From Candidatus Rifleibacteriota bacterium (GTDB lineage Bacteria > Muiribacteriota > Ozemobacteria > Ozemobacterales > Ozemobacteraceae), in assembly GCA_051747585.1 (NCBI GenBank), contig JBNJGH010000065.1, positions 1 through 19,462 of the forward strand: a DNA stretch of 19,462 bases. The letters run 5' to 3'. The position numbers and the translations under genes were made by a program. Every line of letters begins with the position of its first letter. The first letter of the stretch is position 1. This document shows, in pieces, positions 8,438 through 14,971 of this stretch. Below the pieces are notes generated by a model, which saw only the letters and a program-made list of their open reading frames with translations, was not told where the DNA came from and made no database searches.

Positions 8438-10366
8438 ATGAAAAATAGAATTTTTCTCTTACTTGCCATTTTAAGCTTTGCTCTGAGCATGCCTGCAACT
8501 GTTTTTGCAGAAAATGAGCTTATTTCTGCTGAAACAATGTTCAAGAAGCCCGAAAAGGCAGCTTTTCAGATTTCGCGCGAAGGTAATTATTTAGCCTGGC
8601 TCGAACCCTGGAAAAAGCGAATGAATGTTTTTGTTAAAGATCTCGATACCGGAAAAGAAAAAAGGCTTACCTCTGAAACTGTTAGAGATATAGCCGGGTA
8701 TTATTTTCTGGATGAAGAAAACATCGGCTTTGCCATAGATAAAGGCGGTGATGAGAACTTTCGACTTTACGGGGTAAATATAAAAACCGGCAAAGAGCAA
8801 TGTTACACTCCTTTTGACGGGGTTAGAACCTATGTTGTCGACGATCTGGAAGACGATGTCGAACATGTTCTTATTGCCATGAACAAACGTGACAAAAGAG
8901 TTATGGATGTCTATCGTTTAACCCTGGAAGATGGAGAATTAGAACTCGTTGCCGAGAACGACGGTACAATTGTGGGCTGGATGACAGATCATGAGGGCAG
9001 GCTGCGCGGAGCATTTTCAAAGCTGAATAATCGTGATCTTATTATGTTAAGACCAGATGAAAAAGCAGAATTTCAGCCTTTCTATCTGGCCCCAGAGGGC
9101 GACAAAGCTTCACCTGTTATGTTCGATTTTGATAACGAACATGTAATTATCAGAACCAATGTTAACAGAGATAAACTTGCTTATGTAAAGCTCGGTCCTG
9201 GCGGGAATGAAGTTGAGACCTTGTTTTCCCATCCTGATGTAGATGTTGGCGGCATTATAGCTTCAAAAGAATTAAAAAAAATTCAGGGTTTCGGTTATGT
9301 TACCGATAAGTTGCACCATCATATAATCGATCCTGTGCTTGGTGAAATCTTGAGTCAGGTTAAAGCTGAGTTCCCGGGACAAATTGTCTCATTTAGTGAT
9401 TCAGACCGAAAGCAGTCTAAATTGTTGTTTGCCGTATTTTCCGATAAAAATCCCGGACAATATTATCTTTATGATAAAAAGACCGATAAGCTTGAAAAGC
9501 TGGTCGAAACCAGACCATGGATCAATAAAAAGCTCATGAGCCCGATGAAGCCGGTAAAATATCTGAGCCGGGACGGCAAAACCTGGTTAAATGCTTATTT
9601 AACCATGCCCCGGGGTTATGAAAAACCTGTCGGAGCGGTTGTTAATCCTCATGGCGGCCCCGCTGTGCGTGATATGTGGGGTTTCAACCCGGAAGTGCAG
9701 TATCTTGCCAATCGTGGCTATGCCGTACTGCAAATAAACTATCGTGGTTCTACCGGTTATGGTAAAAACTTTCAGGATCTTGGTATAAAACAATGGGGTC
9801 GAGGCTATATGCAGCATGATTTAACCGATGGAGCCAAATGGCTGGTTGACCAGGGCTTTATCGATGAAGACAAAGTTGCTGTTTATGGTGCTTCTTATGG
9901 CGGATACGCCACTCTGGCGGGCATGACCTTTACACCCGATCTATATTGCTGCGGTGTCAGTAATGTCGGTCCATCAAGTCTGCTGACTCTTCTCAACTCC
10001 ATTCCTCCGTATTGGGAACCTTTGAAGCGTGACCTGTATCGAAGAGTCGGGCATCCGGTAAAAGACAAAGAATTTCTAAAAAATATTTCTCCTTTGTATT
10101 TTGTCGATAAAATTAAAAAGCCGCTTATGGTGGTTCAGGGTGCTAATGATCCCAGGGTTAAAAAGCAGGAATCAGAGCAGATAGTCGAAGCAATGAAAGC
10201 CAAAAACATTCCGGTTTATTATTTGCTTAAAGAAAATGAAGGTCATGGTTTTATGAACGAAGAAAACCAGATCGAATTTTATAAATATCTCGAAGCATTT
10301 TTTGCCCGCTATCTGGGTGGTAAAACTCTTACCCCTGAGCACGTAATCGATCGACTCAAACACTGA
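8438..10366 (+). CDS. S9-family (prolyl oligopeptidase clan) dipeptidyl-/acylaminoacyl-peptidase with signal peptide, 642 aa
   Basis: Sec-type signal MKNRIFLLLAILSFALSMPATVFA; NPHGGP, NYRGSTGYG, nucleophile GASYGG, Asp in QGANDPRV, His in EGHGF; strong SD. Confidence 0.95.
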   Translation: MKNRIFLLLAILSFALSMPATVFAENELISAETMFKKPEKAAFQISREGNYLAWLEPWKKRMNVFVKDLDTGKEKRLTSETVRDIAGYYFLDEENIGFAIDKGGDENFRLYGVNIKTGKEQCYTPFDGVRTYVVDDLEDDVEHVLIAMNKRDKRVMDVYRLTLEDGELELVAENDGTIVGWMTDHEGRLRGAFSKLNNRDLIMLRPDEKAEFQPFYLAPEGDKASPVMFDFDNEHVIIRTNVNRDKLAYVKLGPGGNEVETLFSHPDVDVGGIIASKELKKIQGFGYVTDKLHHHIIDPVLGEILSQVKAEFPGQIVSFSDSDRKQSKLLFAVFSDKNPGQYYLYDKKTDKLEKLVETRPWINKKLMSPMKPVKYLSRDGKTWLNAYLTMPRGYEKPVGAVVNPHGGPAVRDMWGFNPEVQYLANRGYAVLQINYRGSTGYGKNFQDLGIKQWGRGYMQHDLTDGAKWLVDQGFIDEDKVAVYGASYGGYATLAGMTFTPDLYCCGVSNVGPSSLLTLLNSIPPYWEPLKRDLYRRVGHPVKDKEFLKNISPLYFVDKIKKPLMVVQGANDPRVKKQESEQIVEAMKAKNIPVYYLLKENEGHGFMNEENQIEFYKYLEAFFARYLGGKTLTPEHVIDRLKH

Positions 10367-10373
10367 AAATATT

Positions 10374-10406
10374 AAAAAAAGCCCCCGTTTTTGGGGGCTT
10401 TTTTTT
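10374..10406. terminator. Bidirectional intrinsic (rho-independent) terminator
   Basis: A7-GCCCCC (10374-10386), loop GTTTTT, GGGGGC-T8 (10393-10406), between two convergent stop codons; gives a U-tract on both strands. Confidence 0.92.
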
Positions 10407-12429
10407 ATTTAAGCCATTTATTCATCCAGTTAACAATTTCGGTTAAGCGGTGAATTCTTAGATCGGCCGGGCCTTTGCGACTCATGCCGTGGCTGGTGTT
10501 ACGCGGGTATCTTACGAATCTGGTTGGAACTTTTCTGACTTTAAGCAGAGTAAAAACCTGCTCGCCTTGTTCAATATTACAGCGCAAATCACCTTCGCTG
10601 TGAATGATGAGAGTCGGAGTATCTGCTTTCCCCATGTATCTTATGGGTGACTGGCGCCAGAAATCGTCGATTTTATCCCACCAGTTGCCCGGCCAGTAGC
10701 TGTCGGGCATGGTAACAAAGTCACTGGTTCCCATCATGCTCAGCATATTGGAAACACAGCGGTCGGTAATTGCGGCGGCGAATTCATTTGTGTGACCTAT
10801 GGCCCAGTTGGTCATATAACCGCCATAGCTGCCACCCATTACCCCAATTTTTTTGGGATTGACATGTTTTTGCTTTTTTATATGCTTGTGAACGGCCTGA
10901 ACGTCAATCCAGTCCTTGTCTCCCCAGTTTCCTGCAATGGCGTCACAATGTTTTTCACCATAACCCTTGCTGCCCCGCGGATTACTGAAATAAACGACAA
11001 AGCCGTTGGCGGCCAGCACCTGAAATTCATGAAAGAAACTGTTGCCGTATAGAGCGTGGGGCCCGCCATGAATTTGCAAAATCGCCGGATACTTCTTGTT
11101 CTTGCGAAAATTAAGCGGTTTCATTTCCCACACCTGAATTTTGTTGCCATCCGGGCTTTTTATCCAGCTGGTCTCTGGTTGTGACAAGTTAATTTCGCTT
11201 AAAAGATCTTTGTTGAAATTGGTAAGCTGTTTCCGTGCAATTTTGTTGCCTTTCAGTTGGCCAAGATATACTTCCCCGGGATCAGCGTGATTACCGCTTA
11301 TTATGGCAAATTTTTTGCCGTCATCGCTTATGTTGCTGAGGCCGTGAGTGCCTTCGTCAGAAGTGAGAAAATTGAATTTTCCGCCTTTGACCGATATTCG
11401 CGAAATATGCCGGTCGCCATGCCAGCCGAAGTTGCAGTAAATATATTTTGAATCAGGGCTCCAGGTGAAATTGGCACCAAACACGGCTTCGCTGATATCA
11501 CCGATAACAGTCGCGCCCAGGCAGTAGTCTTCTTTATCACTCAAACATTTATAGGTAGATTTTTTCAAATCAAAAAGATACAAAAGTTCATTTTTAGATG
11601 CCCAGGCCGGAGCTTTTCCGAGTCTGCCGGAAAAAGCCAGGTATTTACCATCCGGTGACCAGCCAATATTGCCCAGGCTGCCGTCTTTTTGCTTTGGTAA
11701 AAGTTTGTGTTTGCCGTTTGCAATGCTTACGCTGTAAAGCCTTTCTTTGTAAGGGCTCAGCATGGGTTCCTTCTCCATGTTGGCGGTAAAAGCAATTTTT
11801 TTACCGTCTGGTGACCAGCAGTATGCACCGGCTCCATCAGGAGCTTTATCAAATAAAACTCTATGCTTTTTGCTTTCTGGATCTAAAAGAAAAAGATGAA
11901 ATCTTTGTTTGTTGAAATAACCGTCTCCATCCATGCGATACCAGAGTTGATCAATTTCTATCGGCGGAGTGCTCAGGCCTTTTTCTTCCCGTTCTTTTTG
12001 CGCTTTTTGCCTTTGATTTTCTGCAGTTTCGCGGAATTTAAAAGCTAAATGGCGGCCATCGGGCGACCACTTAAAACCGCCAATTTGACCCTCCGGTAAT
12101 GCCGAAACAGCTTTTGCTTCGCCTCCGTCAATCTCTATCATATAAATAGCAGTCTTTTTGTCGCTTCCTGTTCTTAAAAAAGCAATTTTTCTACCATCCG
12201 GCGACCAGCGCGGGTGACAATCATTTTCACCGTTGGTAAATTCTTTTGTTTCACCGCTTTCAAGGTTGCTAAGCCATATTGAGCTCAAGCGCTTGTTTTT
12301 ATCGCCAATTGTGGTTCTGACGAAAATAATTTTTGAACCGTCAGGAGAAATTTGAGCATCTCCCGAAACAATAAATTTTTTTAAATCTTCGTATGAACAA
12401 GCTCTTTTACTGTTTTTTTTCTGAGCCAT
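10405..12429 (-). CDS. S9C-like acylaminoacyl peptidase with WD40-like (PD40) beta-propeller, no signal peptide, 674 aa
   Basis: Repeated WSPDG blades; QIHGGP, SNPRGSKGYG, nucleophile GGSYGG, Asp in HSEGDLRC, His in TSHGMSR; charged, non-hydrophobic N-terminus. Confidence 0.95.
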   Translation of the reverse strand: MAQKKNSKRACSYEDLKKFIVSGDAQISPDGSKIIFVRTTIGDKNKRLSSIWLSNLESGETKEFTNGENDCHPRWSPDGRKIAFLRTGSDKKTAIYMIEIDGGEAKAVSALPEGQIGGFKWSPDGRHLAFKFRETAENQRQKAQKEREEKGLSTPPIEIDQLWYRMDGDGYFNKQRFHLFLLDPESKKHRVLFDKAPDGAGAYCWSPDGKKIAFTANMEKEPMLSPYKERLYSVSIANGKHKLLPKQKDGSLGNIGWSPDGKYLAFSGRLGKAPAWASKNELLYLFDLKKSTYKCLSDKEDYCLGATVIGDISEAVFGANFTWSPDSKYIYCNFGWHGDRHISRISVKGGKFNFLTSDEGTHGLSNISDDGKKFAIISGNHADPGEVYLGQLKGNKIARKQLTNFNKDLLSEINLSQPETSWIKSPDGNKIQVWEMKPLNFRKNKKYPAILQIHGGPHALYGNSFFHEFQVLAANGFVVYFSNPRGSKGYGEKHCDAIAGNWGDKDWIDVQAVHKHIKKQKHVNPKKIGVMGGSYGGYMTNWAIGHTNEFAAAITDRCVSNMLSMMGTSDFVTMPDSYWPGNWWDKIDDFWRQSPIRYMGKADTPTLIIHSEGDLRCNIEQGEQVFTLLKVRKVPTRFVRYPRNTSHGMSRKGPADLRIHRLTEIVNWMNKWLK

Positions 12430-12431
12430 TT

Positions 12432-12860
12432 TTATCTTCCTTTCTGATTTTCTATATGATTCTTGATCGCATCAAACATGGCGGCAAAAAACGGTTGTTT
12501 TATTACCCCGGGTTCAACTCTTTTCCAGACTGAATTAATCGGAAAAACAATGCTTCCGCTTTTTTCGTCTACCATTGCGGGTTCTATGCCATGTTCGTCT
12601 TCCACCATTCTCCAGCCGAAGCCAAAATCAATGGTTAAAAGCTCGCCAAACAGCGCGCCAAGGCCTTCGGCAATCTGATTTTTGTTGAATTTTTCACCTT
12701 CATGATTTTGTGCCCAACGCTCGAAAATGTTATCCAGGTCCTTCGCACTATATTGATTTTTACTTAAACCATATCCTTCAAGTATTTCTCTTCCCTGCTC
12801 GACAAAATTGCTTAACGCTTCGTTTTCTTTCTTGTTTAAATCGTTTATTCGATGAGCCAT
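12432..12860 (-). CDS. Hypothetical protein, DUF3806-like, 142 aa
   Basis: Pattern LGALFGELL...FGWRMVEDEHG...IVFPINSVWKR resembles DUF3806 as recalled (not searched); SD AAGGA upstream; 2 nt from the S9 gene, so probably co-transcribed. Confidence 0.72.
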   Translation of the reverse strand: MAHRINDLNKKENEALSNFVEQGREILEGYGLSKNQYSAKDLDNIFERWAQNHEGEKFNKNQIAEGLGALFGELLTIDFGFGWRMVEDEHGIEPAMVDEKSGSIVFPINSVWKRVEPGVIKQPFFAAMFDAIKNHIENQKGR

Positions 12861-12896
12861 TTTGTTTTTTCCTTCATTTTTAGTTTTATCTTAAAG

Positions 12897-12905
12897 ATTA
12901 TAGCA
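12897..12905 (-). promoter_or_regulatory. Extended -10 sigma70-type promoter (TGcTATAAT) for the DUF3806-S9 operon
   Basis: + strand ATTATAGCA reads TGCTATAAT on -, a perfect extended -10, 36 nt upstream of the start codon at 12860. Confidence 0.65.
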
Positions 12906-12907
12906 GA

Positions 12908-13078
12908 ATGTTACTCAAAGTACATCGTCTGCCTCACACGAAGCAGCATAAAACTTTAATCGCCCTCGTAATCGTAATCGTTGTCGTTGTCGAATATTTT
13001 TCTGCTGCTTCGCAGCATTCAAATAAAAAGCTTGACACGTTGCAGCATTTGCGTTTTATTGAAGAGGAAAAGGAATGA
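12908..13078 (+). CDS. Candidate small ORF/leader peptide, 56 aa: MLLKVHRLPHTKQHKTLIALVIVIVVVVEYFSAASQHSNKKLDTLQHLRFIEEEKE
   Basis: Translated by hand. Open from ATG 12908 to TGA 13076-13078, and the stop overlaps ackA ATG 13075 (ATGA). Against it: no clear SD, and the start lies next to the divergent promoter. Confidence 0.3.
   Translation: MLLKVHRLPHTKQHKTLIALVIVIVVVVEYFSAASQHSNKKLDTLQHLRFIEEEKE
12939..13017. repeat. 15-bp imperfect inverted repeat with an overlapping alternative hairpin
   Basis: CGAAGCAGCAtAAAA (12939-12953) pairs with TTTTcTGCTGCTTCG (12998-13012), 14/15 matches. TGCTGC-TTC-GCAGCA (13003-13017) is a mutually exclusive short hairpin. Confidence 0.8.
12958..12993. repeat. 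Six tandem degenerate hexamers (NNTCGN)
   Basis: aatcgc cctcgt aatcgt aatcgt tgtcgt tgtcga, read directly from the sequence. Confidence 0.85.
13032..13060 (+). promoter_or_regulatory. Candidate sigma70 promoter for ackA
   Basis: Perfect TTGACA at 13032-13037, 17-nt spacer, poor -10 (TTTATT, 13055-13060); A-rich UP-like tract just upstream. Confidence 0.4.
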
Positions 13079-14379
13079 AGGGAGTTCAATTTATGGTCGG
13101 TTCTGAAGACGGTGAAAATAAAAAAATTCTGGTTTTAAATTGTGGCAGTTCATCGATTAAGTATGAAGTTATACAAATGCCACATCGAAGAAGCCTCGGC
13201 AAAGGCCTGGTCGAAAGAATCGGCGAAGAAGTCGGTAAACTCAAGCAGTCAGCCGGAGAAAGAAGGCTGGTAATTGAGCAGAAAATCAGTGACCATCACC
13301 AGGCAATGGAACTTGTAATAAAGGCTTTGACTAATAACGGAGATGGCATTGTTAATTCAATGGAGGAAATAGCCGGTATAGGTCACCGAGTGGTGCATGG
13401 TGGCGATAAATACGCTTCATCTGTAACCATAGATGAAGATGTTGTTGCGGCAATTGAAGAATTCAGCGAGCTTGCTCCATTGCATAATCCGCCCAATCTT
13501 ACCGGCATAAGAGCTTCCCGTGAAATCTTTCAGGATGTGCCTCAAGTAGCGGTTTTTGATACCGCCTTTCATCAGACCATGCCTCCTCAGGCCTATCTTT
13601 ATGCGCTTCCACGAAAGTTTTATCAGGATTTCAAGATTCGTCGCTATGGTTTTCATGGTACTTCTCATCGCTATGTTTCAGCTCTTGCGATGAATAAATG
13701 TCATCGTCACCCGCGAAATACCAATCTTATTTCCTGTCACCTTGGGAATGGAGCCTCTATAACTGCAATTGCCCACGGCAAATCTATAGACACTTCCATG
13801 GGTTTCACCCCACTCGAAGGCCTTATTATGGGAACCAGATCCGGAGATCTCGATCCGGCAATTGTTACCTATCTTATAGACCGCGGTTATTCTGCCAAAG
13901 AGCTTACCAACATTTTAAACAAGCAAAGCGGACTTCTTGGTCTTTCCGGTATTTCCAACGATCTGCGTGATCTTGAAAACGAAGCGGAAAAAGGCAATCA
14001 GCTGGCTAAAGAAGCGTTAAACAGCTATGCTTATCGGGTAAGAAAATATATTGGCGCGTATTCAGCCAATCTGGTTAAATTAGATATGCTGGTATTTACC
14101 GGTGGTATCGGGCAGAATGGCTGGAGAATGCGCGAGCGTATTTGTCGCCGTCTCGAAAATCTCGGTATCTTTATGGATTATCAGCTCAATAAAGAAAAGG
14201 GTTCAAGCCAGGGAATCGTTTCAAAGCCTTTTTCGCCGGTAACTGTTATTGTTGTGCCTACAAACGAAGAGCTTCAGATTGCTATAGATGTTTATGAGCT
14301 GGCTTTTGGCGGCGATGACGAATACCGCAGAAGAAAATCAGATGTAATAGTTGGTTTTCAAAGTGAATTCAACGCTTAA
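13075..14379 (+). CDS. ackA: Acetate kinase, 434 aa (alternative start ATG 13093)
   Basis: ILVLNCGSSSIKY, GHRVVHGG, APLHNP, DTAFH, RRYGFHGTSH, CHLGNGAS, SMGFTPLEGLIMGTRSGD, PTNEE. SD-like GAGG precedes 13075 and AAGGGAG (13078-13084) precedes 13093. Confidence 0.97.
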   Translation: MKGVQFMVGSEDGENKKILVLNCGSSSIKYEVIQMPHRRSLGKGLVERIGEEVGKLKQSAGERRLVIEQKISDHHQAMELVIKALTNNGDGIVNSMEEIAGIGHRVVHGGDKYASSVTIDEDVVAAIEEFSELAPLHNPPNLTGIRASREIFQDVPQVAVFDTAFHQTMPPQAYLYALPRKFYQDFKIRRYGFHGTSHRYVSALAMNKCHRHPRNTNLISCHLGNGASITAIAHGKSIDTSMGFTPLEGLIMGTRSGDLDPAIVTYLIDRGYSAKELTNILNKQSGLLGLSGISNDLRDLENEAEKGNQLAKEALNSYAYRVRKYIGAYSANLVKLDMLVFTGGIGQNGWRMRERICRRLENLGIFMDYQLNKEKGSSQGIVSKPFSPVTVIVVPTNEELQIAIDVYELAFGGDDEYRRRKSDVIVGFQSEFNA

Positions 14380-14971
14380 ATATTACGAAGAAAACGCATC
14401 AGAGCTGAGCAGTCGCTACGAAACTGCTCAGCTTGATCATTTGTATCTGGATTGCAGCAATCATTTTGCTTCAGGTTCCAGGTTGCTTGAAATCGGTTGT
14501 GGCTCAGGGCGAGATGCTGCTCATCTTTCATTGTTGGGTTATCAAGTTCGTGGAATTGACGGCAGCTCAGAGCTTATTAAAAAAGCACTTGAACATCATC
14601 CTGAACTCGATGGCAAGCTAAGCCAACTGGTTTTGCCGGCTGAATTGCCCTTTGCCGACCAGGAATTTGACGGCTTTTATTCGATTGCCTGTTTTATGCA
14701 CTTTTCGATAAGTGATTTAAACAAGATACTGGCTGAAATTGTAAGAATACTTAACCCCGAAGGCCGTGGGCTTGTGTCGGTGCCTGCTCGAAGACCAGAT
14801 GTCAGCGTCGACGGAGTAGATCGGCACGGTAGAGTTTTTAACGTTCTGCCATCCGAGCGTTGGCTTGAAATTTTCAAAGCCGCCGGCTTCAAAGGGAAAG
14901 CCGGCCCTGAACAGCCTGACGGAGCCGGCCGCGAAGGAATTACCTGGGTTAATTTTTTTCTTGAACTTTAA
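14363..14971 (+). CDS. Class I SAM-dependent methyltransferase, about 202 aa (GTG 14363 preferred; ORF track uses TTG 14351)
   Basis: Motif I LLEIGCGSGRDA, GIDGS, FDGFYSIACFMH, ILNPEG. Overlaps the ackA 3' end and, convergently, the cusA 3' end. Start codon uncertain. Confidence 0.88.
   Translation: MNSTLKYYEENASELSSRYETAQLDHLYLDCSNHFASGSRLLEIGCGSGRDAAHLSLLGYQVRGIDGSSELIKKALEHHPELDGKLSQLVLPAELPFADQEFDGFYSIACFMHFSISDLNKILAEIVRILNPEGRGLVSVPARRPDVSVDGVDRHGRVFNVLPSERWLEIFKAAGFKGKAGPEQPDGAGREGITWVNFFLEL

Noticed and set aside
8438..12429. The two S9 genes as a recent inverted duplication
   Set aside because: Similarity is limited to family catalytic motifs; N-terminal domains and predicted localisation differ.
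12958..12993. Hexamer array as a CRISPR or DGR-related repeat
   Set aside because: Units are 6 nt and contiguous with no spacers; no cas, reverse transcriptase or template/variable repeat pair in the window.
13003..13030. Short hairpin as an intrinsic terminator
   Set aside because: No U-tract follows it on either strand (TTCAAAT on +, GAAAAAT on -).
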